DNA of 32,000 bases, taken from Thermofilum adornatum. GTDB lineage: Archaea > Thermoproteota > Thermoprotei > Thermofilales > Thermofilaceae. The stretch lies in the NCBI RefSeq assembly GCF_000446015.1, contig NC_022093.1:840001-872000 (forward strand), written 5' to 3'. The notes beneath the pieces were generated by a model, which was not told where the DNA came from, ran no database searches, and worked only from the letters and a program-made list of their open reading frames with translations. Position 1 is the stretch's first letter; each line of letters starts with the position of its first letter. Positions 23,921-32,000 of the stretch are shown here, piece by piece. Position numbers and translations under genes: made by a program.

Positions 23921-24652
23921 TTAAAGGAATCCGAAAGAATATAATAGAAATGTCCCCAGTAGTGCTAGCCCTATAGCCAAGTAGTCTTTCCACGTGAACT
24001 TTAGAGAAACAAGCCTCGTGGGCTTCACGTCTAGCCCGTATCCCCTTGCCTCGAGGGCCTCGGCAATCATCATGCTTCTCCTTACCTCGAAGATTATTAA
24101 GGGAACAAGTAGGTAAACATAGTTTTTTATCCTGTTATAGAGCCTGCCTTTTTCTAGTTCGAGACCCCGACTTCTCAAGGCATCCGAGACTATTTGTATG
24201 TCATTTGCTAGTGTGGGGACAAACCTGAAAGACATGTTTATGAGAAGGGAAAAATCTCTTGGAACACCAACCCCCTCGAGAGCTATTCCAATCTCTTCTG
24301 GCGAAGTAGAATTGAAGAAAAGTGCAAACGAGGTTATGAGCGTTGTGAAGCGAAGAGTCATTACGAGGGCATAGATTGCTCCCTGAAGATTAGGCGTGAA
24401 AACAAAGTTCAGCGTGAAGATTAGGACAAGTAAGAAAAGGGAGCCATAAAGGCCTCTAAGTATGACTCGTACACGTTTAGCCATAAAGGACAAGATAAGT
24501 ACACACGTTAGCACTATTAACTGTGTGTCCAGCCTAGAAGAGTATATGGCTAGGAAGGCGAGAACAGTGCTCAGGAAGAACCTTGTCCTAGGGTCAAGCC
24601 TGTCGTATGGAGAGTCCTTTTTTATCGTTTTAAATGCTCGAAGTGCCTCCAT
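23921..24652 (-). CDS. ecfT: ECF transporter transmembrane (T) component, EcfT/CbiQ family
   Basis: The 243 aa product has 5-6 TM helices, a conserved R-rich coupling region (ALRSRGLELE ... RRSMMIAEALEARG), and lies downstream of two ECF-type ATPases. Confidence 0.85.
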   Translation of the reverse strand: MEALRAFKTIKKDSPYDRLDPRTRFFLSTVLAFLAIYSSRLDTQLIVLTCVLILSFMAKRVRVILRGLYGSLFLLVLIFTLNFVFTPNLQGAIYALVMTLRFTTLITSFALFFNSTSPEEIGIALEGVGVPRDFSLLINMSFRFVPTLANDIQIVSDALRSRGLELEKGRLYNRIKNYVYLLVPLIIFEVRRSMMIAEALEARGYGLDVKPTRLVSLKFTWKDYLAIGLALLGTFLLYSFGFL

Positions 24653-25505
24653 TTGTCTCCCTCATTTTTGAGATGATTTCCCGAGACAAGTCTTCCACCG
24701 ACAAATAATCATATCTATCCAGCAGTGATTTCCCATAAAGAGCTCTCGATATCCTCACTAATTGAGGTGGGAGAAGATTACCTCTCCTAATAACGTTGTA
24801 GTCTGTCAGGACTCGATGCGGGGGGCCTTCGGCAATTATTTTTCCCTGCGACATAACAATTATTCTCTGAACGTACATCGTCACGAACTCGACGTCATGC
24901 GTTACGAGAACAATGGTCTTGCCCATTAGCTTTAGTAGCTTAATTATCTCGGAAATCTTCTCTTTTTGTAGATAGTCTTGTCCAGCTGTGGGCTCATCTA
25001 GCACGATGACTTCTGGATCATAAGCTAATACAGAGGCTATCGCCAGTCTCTTCCTCTCTCCAACGCTCAACATGAACGGGCTATTATCACGGTACTGGTA
25101 GAGCTCTAGAATGTTCAGTGCCCATTTTACTCTGTTCTCGATTGCGTCCTCTGGGAATCCAAAGTTTCTTAAAGGAAAGGCAACCTCGTCGAAAACAGTC
25201 TCGGCGAAGAGTTGATGGTCAGGATTCTGGAAAACAATCCCCACTATTCTAGACAATTCAGCGACGCTTGTCTCCCGTGTGTCTTTATCTTTTACCTTTA
25301 TTCTACCACGCGTAGGCTTAAGCAGTCCGTTGAAATGCTTGATTAATGTTGTTTTTCCTGCACCGTTTTCACCCATGATTGCTACAATTTCTCCCCTTAG
25401 CACATAGTTTGTTACGCCTCTGAGCGCCTGTATGCCTTCTGGATACTCGTAGTAAACGTTATCTATCTCTATTATCTTCTCTTCGCTTTCGCTCATCCAA
25501 GCCAC
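24630..25505 (-). CDS. ecfA: ECF transporter ATPase component (EcfA-type ABC ATPase)
   Basis: Walker A is GENGAGKTT, the signature is LSVGERKR, and Walker B is VIVLDEPT, with the H-loop VTHD. Confidence 0.9.
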   Translation of the reverse strand: MAWMSESEEKIIEIDNVYYEYPEGIQALRGVTNYVLRGEIVAIMGENGAGKTTLIKHFNGLLKPTRGRIKVKDKDTRETSVAELSRIVGIVFQNPDHQLFAETVFDEVAFPLRNFGFPEDAIENRVKWALNILELYQYRDNSPFMLSVGERKRLAIASVLAYDPEVIVLDEPTAGQDYLQKEKISEIIKLLKLMGKTIVLVTHDVEFVTMYVQRIIVMSQGKIIAEGPPHRVLTDYNVIRRGNLLPPQLVRISRALYGKSLLDRYDYLSVEDLSREIISKMRETNGGTSSI

Positions 25506-26346
25506 CTTTAGACAATTTACGGATAATTTCTAGAGCCATAGCTTCTGGAACAAGTTTATCAATATTTACGGGGAAACCGCTACTTTGCAACTTCTTGGAC
25601 AGTTGAACCATGGGCGGCACCCCCACGATGTAGTCAGTCTTGAGTACTGTTTCAAGAGGCGGACCGTCAGCTATTATTTGTCCCTCGTTCATCACGACGA
25701 CCCGGGTTGCGAACTGTAGTGCTATTTCGAGCCTGTGCTCGATAAGTATCGTGAGCATCCTGTGTTCCCTTGTCTTTTTTGCTATAAGTCCAAGCATCTT
25801 TAGCGCGGATAAGGGATCAAGGTTTGCTGTAGGCTCGTCTAGAATAAGTATCTGTGGCTCCATAATCATTACCGAGGCCAATGCAACTTTCTGTTGTTGC
25901 CCACTGCTAAGCTCAAATGGCGACCTTTGACGTAGATCTTCGATTCCATACTCCCTCAGAACCTGGTCTATCTTTTTTCTTATCTCGGCTGGCGGCACAC
26001 CGAGGTTTTCAAGCCCAAAAGCTAGTTCACGCTCCACTGTGTTGAAGAATAGCTGGTTTTCTGGGTTCTGAAAGACAAAGCCAACGGTTTTCGCGAATTT
26101 AGCTGTAGGGGTTTTTCTCGGGTCATAGCCTGCTATATCTATTTCGCCTTGAAGCTGGCCCCCATAGAAGTTTGGAATAAGCCCGTTAAATATTCTAGCA
26201 AGTGTACTTTTGCCACAACCGCTCGGGCCAATTAATAGTATGATTTCATCTCTGTATCCATCGAAGTTGATGTTTTTCAGGGTTTGAGTCTCTGAGTCTG
26301 GGTAGCGGTAGCTTACGTCCCTTAGATAGACGAGCTTTTCTCTCAT
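25459..26346 (-). CDS. ecfA: ECF transporter ATPase component (second EcfA-type ABC ATPase)
   Basis: Walker A is GPSGCGKST, the signature is LSSGQQQK, and Walker B is ILILDEPT, with the H-loop IEHR. Confidence 0.9.
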   Translation of the reverse strand: MREKLVYLRDVSYRYPDSETQTLKNINFDGYRDEIILLIGPSGCGKSTLARIFNGLIPNFYGGQLQGEIDIAGYDPRKTPTAKFAKTVGFVFQNPENQLFFNTVERELAFGLENLGVPPAEIRKKIDQVLREYGIEDLRQRSPFELSSGQQQKVALASVMIMEPQILILDEPTANLDPLSALKMLGLIAKKTREHRMLTILIEHRLEIALQFATRVVVMNEGQIIADGPPLETVLKTDYIVGVPPMVQLSKKLQSSGFPVNIDKLVPEAMALEIIRKLSKGGLDERKRREDNRDR

Positions 26347-26364
26347 ATCACGTTCTACTTTTTA

Positions 26365-27561
26365 TTAATGGGAGGTTACAATTTTTATTACCATTCTGTG
26401 CGTCAGTTTATCGTTGCTTGAAAGCCTTCTGCCTGTCCTAGCGTCAATGGCAAAGGCAAAGCGTTTTCCTATCTCTGTATGGATTTCGAAGGCGAGATCC
26501 CTCGGGGTAGCGTCTCCCTTTACGAGAAAAGCGTCGGGTAGCACATTTCCCTTAGAGTCAGAAAAGGTTTTTTCATTCTCAACTGGGAAGACAACTATCA
26601 TTCCGAGCTTCTCAAAGACGGCCTTGTTTATTGCTTCCTGGACACCCGTGGACCCCCAACGCTTGAGGACTTTTTCACGTATATACTCGAGTGCTTTCCT
26701 TTGATCGCTTGTTGGGTCGCCAGTTATCTCAAAGTCGCCGTCTCCAGGCAAGTATCGGATTAGTCCAGCCTTGTCCGCTTTTCTCAGAGCTAGTTCTGCT
26801 TCTGCAGATGTAGGCACCACAATGTATCTGTCTCCTAGCTCCTGTTGCATCCTTTTTATATTGTCAATGGAAACATCAATATCCGCCTTGTTCGCAGCTA
26901 TGACGATGGGTTTTGCTTTTTTAAGCAGAAACCTTACAAGGTCTAGCAAGTTTTCCTGCGACCAGCTAGTTGCCTTTTTACCTCTCAGCCCAAGCTCGTC
27001 TATTGCTTGGTCAACAATGCTTGCGCTTATCCCGAGGCCTGTAAACTTTGCATACAGCTCCTCATAGTTTTTCTGGAAATCTATGAGTTTAGATATTTTC
27101 TCCCAGTCCTTGCTGAGAATCTGGTAGACCCACATTTCGAGCTCTTTTTCAAGGAAAGCAACGTCCTTCAAGGGGTCATGTGTGCCGGGCGGGACGGGCT
27201 GTCCCTCCTCGTTGGTGGACCCACTTGCATCGACCACGTGGATGAGTACGGGTGCGCGTCTAAGGTGGTCTAGAAACATGTTACCTAGGCCTCTTCCCTG
27301 CCATGCTCCAGGAACAAGGCCGGCCACGTCGATGAGTTCGACTGGGACGAATCTCCACCCGTCGATGCATATAGAGTTGCGGGGGTTGTCTTTGACTCCT
27401 AGTTCCCGGCAGACGCATTGGGTTTTTACATAGCCAATGCCAATGTTTGGATTTATGGTAGTGAAGGGATAGGGTGCTCTCTTTACGTCTATCAGTGTAG
27501 CTGCCGCGAAAAATGTTGACTTACCAGTGTTGGGCTTCCCTACTATGCCAACTTGAATCAC
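26365..27561 (-). CDS. Obg-family P-loop NTPase, archaeal YchF/OLA1-like with C-terminal TGS-like domain
   Basis: G1 is GIVGKPNTGKSTFF, G3 is DVAGLVPGA and G4 is AANKAD. The length is 398 aa. Confidence 0.85.
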   Translation of the reverse strand: MIQVGIVGKPNTGKSTFFAAATLIDVKRAPYPFTTINPNIGIGYVKTQCVCRELGVKDNPRNSICIDGWRFVPVELIDVAGLVPGAWQGRGLGNMFLDHLRRAPVLIHVVDASGSTNEEGQPVPPGTHDPLKDVAFLEKELEMWVYQILSKDWEKISKLIDFQKNYEELYAKFTGLGISASIVDQAIDELGLRGKKATSWSQENLLDLVRFLLKKAKPIVIAANKADIDVSIDNIKRMQQELGDRYIVVPTSAEAELALRKADKAGLIRYLPGDGDFEITGDPTSDQRKALEYIREKVLKRWGSTGVQEAINKAVFEKLGMIVVFPVENEKTFSDSKGNVLPDAFLVKGDATPRDLAFEIHTEIGKRFAFAIDARTGRRLSSNDKLTHRMVIKIVTSH

Positions 27562-27602
27562 AATTTTTTAAAAAGAAAGTGACACAAATATCTTGTGGCT
27601 TT

Positions 27603-28595
27603 ATGTGGCCCTGCATAGCTATTTCAGGGTCTAGCTATTTTGCCTCGGTCTTCTCTTTTTGGTTGAGAAACCTTTCCCCCAGAATTGACATTGTAATCCA
27701 AGACGAGATAGGGAAAGAAATAACGAGCCCTCGAATGCTTAGATACATGGGTAAAAAGAGCATCCCAGCTATGTCACAAGAGGTCTTTAGCAGGCTCTAC
27801 TACCCGAGGATGAACATTGAAGAGCCAAACGAAGAGTGTTTCCGGATCAGGATAAAAGAACCAAGTCTCGAAAGAGTACACCTTTCTTCATGCCAAAAAT
27901 TATTGGAATTAATACAAAAAAGCGGGAGAGTCGTTCTTCCAGCGTGTATCCACACTGCACAGCTAGCTCTTTATGGCAACGAGATTGGCCTAGACCTAAA
28001 GATAAGTGGGTCATTAAACGAGGAGGCCCCGAAGGAATTTCTTGAACAAGTCAACCTGGTTCTCAACGAGAAAAAACTTATCGCAGATGAGCCTGTCAGC
28101 GTTGGACAGGAAGACATATGTAAGCCTGGACATGTAATTTTTGAAGCTCCCTATGGTTGGAAGACTGAGGCAAAAATTTATCCCTACTTCGACGAAAACA
28201 TAACTCAGTGGGCAGCCTATTTTTCCCTTCTTGTCGTAGGTATGAGAGAAAACATTGGTAGACCGGAAAGTCTTTGGGTAATTGAGGACCCTGGAGAAAG
28301 AATATTCCTCTATAAGGGGTCTCCACGCACCGAGTCCTCTGTAAAAGTTTCCTTGACGCGGGACAGCTACTGCCGGCTACTGCTTTCAAAAAGAACCAAG
28401 AGGATAGCAGGCATATTCTGTAGCATAGATGCCCGGGAACCCTCTCTTCTAGGAGATATTTACTCCAGCTTCGTAGAGAAAAGTGAGCCTTGCAAGATGA
28501 TGCCGGAGATAGCTGTTACAGAGTCAGAGCTTTTCAAAGAAAACAAATTGCTGAGGGCTCTAGTTGCCTCCTGGTTCAAGCTGTGCTGGGGCTAG
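27603..28595 (+). CDS. hypothetical protein (~330 aa; start uncertain: 27603 or 27735)
   Basis: The track ORF start at 27513 overlaps the divergent GTPase gene. The TATA-like ttttttaaaaag at ~27565-27577 favours ATG 27603. No motif was recognised. Confidence 0.55.
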   Translation: MWPCIAISGSSYFASVFSFWLRNLSPRIDIVIQDEIGKEITSPRMLRYMGKKSIPAMSQEVFSRLYYPRMNIEEPNEECFRIRIKEPSLERVHLSSCQKLLELIQKSGRVVLPACIHTAQLALYGNEIGLDLKISGSLNEEAPKEFLEQVNLVLNEKKLIADEPVSVGQEDICKPGHVIFEAPYGWKTEAKIYPYFDENITQWAAYFSLLVVGMRENIGRPESLWVIEDPGERIFLYKGSPRTESSVKVSLTRDSYCRLLLSKRTKRIAGIFCSIDAREPSLLGDIYSSFVEKSEPCKMMPEIAVTESELFKENKLLRALVASWFKLCWG

Positions 28596-28597
28596 CA

Positions 28598-29623
28598 CTA
28601 TAGGAATCGCTGTATATCGTTCCAATCTATTTTGACTATTTGTCCTTTCTCTGATGCCTCTAGAGCCTTCACTATGCACTTGAGTGCGACATAGCCTATT
28701 AAGCCGTCCACCTTTGGCTTTTTGTTATTCTTTACAGCTTCCAGAAAGTTTCTTAGCTCTGCCTTTAGAGGCTCCTCCTGCAAATATGAAATCTCAATGT
28801 AGCTGTTCTCAGAAAAAACAGAGGTTTCAAGCCCATCCCGTGGAATCTGCTCAACACCCTTGTCGACGATAATCCTCCTCAAGATGTAGTCTACCCTAAG
28901 CACTTTGTCTTCTGTTCTGATTGTGAGGCTTCTGTGCTTGTAGCTTGGCGCTGTTCTCCAGCTTGCAATAAGGGAGGCAAATTTTCCGTCTGGATAGCTG
29001 TAGAAAGCCGCTATCTCGACCTCGTAGGGGAAGTCCTCCTTGTGAAACTTGTATGAAAAAACACCTGTGGGGAGATTCTCCATAAACATATTTGAGACAT
29101 CTATGTCATGGACTAATAGGTCGTGGGCGACCCCTAGATTTAACGTATAGTTTGTCGCAGGTCCGGGACCAAGCCTTTTTGCATCTATGCTTAGTATATC
29201 TTTTCCCTTGACGAGACTGTATGTTGCCTCCACGATGGGGTTGAATCTCTCGATATGTCCGACTGCCAGCTTTCTACCTTGTTTCTCTGCTTTTTCAAGT
29301 AGACTATACCCCTCCTCAAGTGTTGCCGCCAATGGTTTCTCTACTATCACATTCGTGTATTCCAGGATTCTAGATGCAACTTTGAAGTGGTAAACAGTAG
29401 GGACAGCTACTACTGCCGCGTCAAGTTCCTTTTCATTTTTAAGGAAATCTTCTAGGGAAACATAGTATGTGTCTGCCTTAAACATGTTAGCTGTGTTTTT
29501 AGCACGCTCAGCGTCGGCATCAACTATGACGAGCCTGTCTACGAGATCCTTTAGAGAAGAAAGCACACGCACGTGGTTGCGCCCCCATCTCCCAACACCG
29601 ATAACTCCAACACTTAGGCTCAT
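28598..29623 (-). CDS. Gfo/Idh/MocA-family NAD(P)-dependent oxidoreductase
   Basis: The N-terminal Rossmann motif is VGVIGVGRWGRNHV and the EKP motif is VIVEKPLA. The length (341 aa) is typical. Confidence 0.85.
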   Translation of the reverse strand: MSLSVGVIGVGRWGRNHVRVLSSLKDLVDRLVIVDADAERAKNTANMFKADTYYVSLEDFLKNEKELDAAVVAVPTVYHFKVASRILEYTNVIVEKPLAATLEEGYSLLEKAEKQGRKLAVGHIERFNPIVEATYSLVKGKDILSIDAKRLGPGPATNYTLNLGVAHDLLVHDIDVSNMFMENLPTGVFSYKFHKEDFPYEVEIAAFYSYPDGKFASLIASWRTAPSYKHRSLTIRTEDKVLRVDYILRRIIVDKGVEQIPRDGLETSVFSENSYIEISYLQEEPLKAELRNFLEAVKNNKKPKVDGLIGYVALKCIVKALEASEKGQIVKIDWNDIQRFL

Positions 29624-29706
29624 GGGTCTTCCAGCCTCTAAGAAGAAAGAACAAAATAAACCTATCCTTGTTCTTATAAAGCGAAGACCTAAATAGATGG
29701 GCAGAA

Positions 29707-29828
29707 GCCGCGTACGCCACGCGCCGTTCGCGGGGCCGCAGACCCCACTACTTGGACGCGCGTGCCGAGCTTAACTTCGGAGTTCTGATGGGATCCGGTG
29801 TTGCCTCGGCACTATGAGCGTACGCGGC
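29707..29828 (-). rRNA. 5S ribosomal RNA (stand-alone gene)
   Basis: The minus strand reads GCCGCGTACGC TCATAGTGCCGAGGCAACACCGGATCCCATCAGAACTCCGAAGTTAAGCTCGGCACGCGCGTCCAAGTAGTGGGG...GCGTACGCGGC. The terminal helix I is perfectly complementary and the conserved CCCAT..GAAC.CCGAAGTTAAGC core is present. Confidence 0.9.
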
Positions 29829-29850
29829 GTTAAAAAGTATCGAATAAAGG

Positions 29851-29862
29851 CAAATATAAATT
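29851..29862 (-). promoter_or_regulatory. TATA box of the 5S rRNA gene
   Basis: TTTATATTTG on the minus strand is centred about 27 nt upstream of the first 5S nucleotide (29828). Confidence 0.45.
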
Positions 29863-29944
29863 TTTTCTTTGCCTTGTTTCAGTAAAAACAACATGGATTT
29901 TAAAAATGTTAATTGAAAAATAATGTTGAATAAATTTTAATGAT

Positions 29945-31105
29945 TTAGCTAAGCAAGGCTCGGGCCAGCTTTATACTGAATAGTGGATGCTTAAGTAGTT
30001 TCACAGCTACCGAGGCAACGTTTTCCCCATTTGCTAGGTTTACCACGTCCTCCGGTGACAATATTTCTGCTAGCTGGTTGAGCTCGTCGTCTGAAAGCTT
30101 CTCAATCGCGTGCAGGCCTTTAAGGCTGTCCTTTATTCGCTTACCCCAGTATTCATTATACTTGTCCTTGTACTCTGACAGCCTTTGTTTGGACAGGTTG
30201 CCTTCTTCAAGGGCCTTCGCTGTGACTTCGGCGGCTATTTTTCCTCCAGCGATAGAGGTATGAATGCCTCCACCGGTTAAAGGAATGACTTGTCCCGCGG
30301 CCTCACCTATTAGTATCGCGTGGTCTGTCACGATTTCGCTTAGCATCCCACCTATTGTCACGGCTGCGCCCCTGAACTCCAGTATGTCGACTTTCTTGAA
30401 GATCTCTGGATGCATTTTGATGAACTTGTCTAGATACGCCTTGGGCGCTGCCCCCTGGACGCCTATGCCAACGTTTGCTAGGCGTCCGTCCTTTGGAAAG
30501 ATCCACACGTAGCCCTTTGGTGCCACATCGTTGCCAAGGAAGAAATAGGTCATGTCTGGGTCGTGGACATCAACATTAGGCATCACGTACTGAATGGCTG
30601 GGATGACTTTTCTCTCGCCCGGCTTCTCCAGGCCCAAGGTCCGCGAGACGAAGGATAAATAGCCGTCTGCGCCCACCAAAAGCTTTGCTTCGAGCTCCAT
30701 TGTACGCGTCTTGACTAGCCAGTGGTCTTTTTGGAATGTGAGTTCTTTGACAGGCTCTTTCATGTATATTTCTGCTCCCGTAGAGGCTGAGTATTCGCCC
30801 ATCACTCTGAGAAAATTCTTTTTATCGATTACGTAGCCCATTTCCCCCTCTTCTTTTACAATGACCTCTTTTCCATTCGGAGCAACAATCACTGCCCCCT
30901 TAATTACATGAGAAATGAATCGGTTATAGTCAGATTTTTCTATCTCGGCAGTTTTGAGGACACGTGCGCTTATGCCCTCGCCGCAAGGCTTGACGGCTAG
31001 CTGTTCATTTTTCTCCACGACGGCAACCTTAAAACCCTTGGCGGCCAGTACACGGGAATACATGAGACCGGCTGGTCCAGCTCCAACCACTAATGCGTCG
31101 TACAT
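29945..31105 (-). CDS. geranylgeranyl reductase family FAD-dependent oxidoreductase (digeranylgeranylglycerophospholipid reductase-like)
   Basis: The N-terminal FAD fold is YDALVVGAGPAGLMYSRVLAAKGFKVAVVEK, followed by KPCGEG. Length and layout are typical of archaeal GGR-family proteins. Confidence 0.75.
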   Translation of the reverse strand: MYDALVVGAGPAGLMYSRVLAAKGFKVAVVEKNEQLAVKPCGEGISARVLKTAEIEKSDYNRFISHVIKGAVIVAPNGKEVIVKEEGEMGYVIDKKNFLRVMGEYSASTGAEIYMKEPVKELTFQKDHWLVKTRTMELEAKLLVGADGYLSFVSRTLGLEKPGERKVIPAIQYVMPNVDVHDPDMTYFFLGNDVAPKGYVWIFPKDGRLANVGIGVQGAAPKAYLDKFIKMHPEIFKKVDILEFRGAAVTIGGMLSEIVTDHAILIGEAAGQVIPLTGGGIHTSIAGGKIAAEVTAKALEEGNLSKQRLSEYKDKYNEYWGKRIKDSLKGLHAIEKLSDDELNQLAEILSPEDVVNLANGENVASVAVKLLKHPLFSIKLARALLS

Positions 31106-31166
31106 GTTAGTCCCCCTTGCAGGGTAATATTTAAAGGGGCGGTATAAAAATTATACTTCAAGGGAA

Positions 31167-31625
31167 ATGTACATGGATGTGGACATGTTCTGGGAAGACG
31201 TCGAGAAAAGAGTGAAAAAGGTCATCGATGGGGTAGAAGAGACACTCAAGGTCATGCTTGAAAACAAGAAGTTAACAGTTGAGGAGGCACAGGAAATCTT
31301 GGATTCTCTTGCTCCAAGTTTTTCCCTGCTTGCTAGAAAAGGTGTTCTGCAGATTCTATACACATTGTTGCTTCTGGGACCATGCACGTTTACAGAGCTT
31401 CTAGAATCCTCAAAGGTAAATCGCAGAACGCTCTCTTTTCGGCTGAAACAGCTTCAACGTGAAGCAATGATAACTAGATATATAGAGACGGTCGACAGGG
31501 AGAGGCAAGGAAAGACTCTCTATGTATTGACAGAGAAGGGGAGGTCTGCGGCGCTCCTTGCCATCCCCCTTATCTACTACATATCGAAGATGCATAAATC
31601 TTCTAGTCTCCATAACTCGCTATAG
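31167..31625 (+). CDS. winged-helix transcriptional regulator (HxlR/MarR-like); start may be at 31173 or 31185
   Basis: LARKGVLQILYTLLLLGPCTFTELLESSKVNRRTLSFRLKQLQREAMITRYIE is a wHTH pattern. The gene is divergent from the GGR-family gene. Confidence 0.65.
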   Translation: MYMDVDMFWEDVEKRVKKVIDGVEETLKVMLENKKLTVEEAQEILDSLAPSFSLLARKGVLQILYTLLLLGPCTFTELLESSKVNRRTLSFRLKQLQREAMITRYIETVDRERQGKTLYVLTEKGRSAALLAIPLIYYISKMHKSSSLHNSL

Positions 31626-32000
31626 AACAAAAGGATCTATTTCAAGAACTATTCTCCTAGGCCTTGGGTCTCCAGACCTAAAAAGAAGAGCGTTCCCCCT
31701 GGTTCCAAAAGCTATGTGGTCAAATTCTTCTCTGCCAAGCGAAAATAGGGAAGCTATGTCAGCAATGTAGCTCTCGGGTCCAGAGAGCGCCACCACGTAT
31801 CCTGCTAGCTGGAAGATCCTTGGGTCAAATTCTCGGGGGAGCTGTGTGACGGCAAGTATGCTCAGGCCGAACTTTCGTATCTCCTTGAATAGTCTTAGGA
31901 AGTAGTCTTTTAGCAGATGTGCCTCTTCTAGGACAACTATTAGGTCCACCCTATTTCTAGAACCAAGACTCCTCATATATCCTTCTAGTAGGAGAAGTAA
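31620..32000 (-). CDS. P-loop ATPase, C-terminal part only (HerA/FtsK-like, DUF87-type); 5' end off-window
   Basis: The frame stays open to nt 32000. The Walker-B-like motif is DLIVVLEEAHLL, followed by FGLSILAVTQLPREFDPRI, typical of HerA-like hexameric ATPases. Confidence 0.55.
   Translation of the reverse strand, partial: LLLLLEGYMRSLGSRNRVDLIVVLEEAHLLKDYFLRLFKEIRKFGLSILAVTQLPREFDPRIFQLAGYVVALSGPESYIADIASLFSLGREEFDHIAFGTRGNALLFRSGDPRPRRIVLEIDPFVL

Noticed and set aside
29469-29720. A 75-aa plus-strand ORF and a 66-aa minus-strand ORF around 29469-29720
   Set aside because: They overlap the start of the oxidoreductase gene and the 3' end of the 5S rRNA. The 5S rRNA and the promoter region explain the sequence.
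1-32000. CRISPR arrays, IS elements, toxin-antitoxin pairs and recognisable defence systems
   Set aside because: No regularly spaced direct repeats were seen. I also recognised no transposase or integrase motifs, no PIN/VapC, RelE or HEPN-like small gene pairs, and no restriction-modification signatures by eye.

Overview
The gene content points to a chromosomal segment of a hyperthermophilic crenarchaeon, resembling Thermoprotei/Desulfurococcales, though I cannot confirm the organism without a search. Supporting features are topoisomerase VI A/B, aEF-1beta next to its usual Zn-ribbon partner, aMBF1, HflX, aTrm56, TFE, a stand-alone 5S rRNA gene, tRNA genes with encoded CCA, and one tRNA interrupted by what look like three introns. 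Most of the window is ordinary, AT-leaning housekeeping DNA with K/E/I-rich proteins. It includes an ECF transporter module, a YchF-like GTPase, a Gfo/Idh/MocA oxidoreductase, a geranylgeranyl-reductase-family flavoprotein and a Tes-like radical SAM enzyme. The exception is roughly 10976-15480. This block is entirely minus-strand, visibly more G+C-rich, and abuts the promoter of the intron-rich tRNA. It encodes a small TM ORF, a 454-476 aa repeat-containing secreted glycoprotein, a 185 aa secreted beta-rich protein, and a Q/W-rich 432 aa orphan protein. It also holds a 60-nt junction cassette (stop context, TATA box, ATG and 5 codons) in two copies, the second of which heads no real gene. Downstream of that second copy lies a ~940-nt ORF-poor, hairpin-dense spacer running up to the Shine-Dalgarno-led 432 aa gene. 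I regard this block as the best candidate for something undescribed: a surface-protein module with a long structured leader or ncRNA. No CRISPR array, integrase, transposase or recognisable defence gene was seen. All family assignments come from motif recognition by eye, and no database search was possible.
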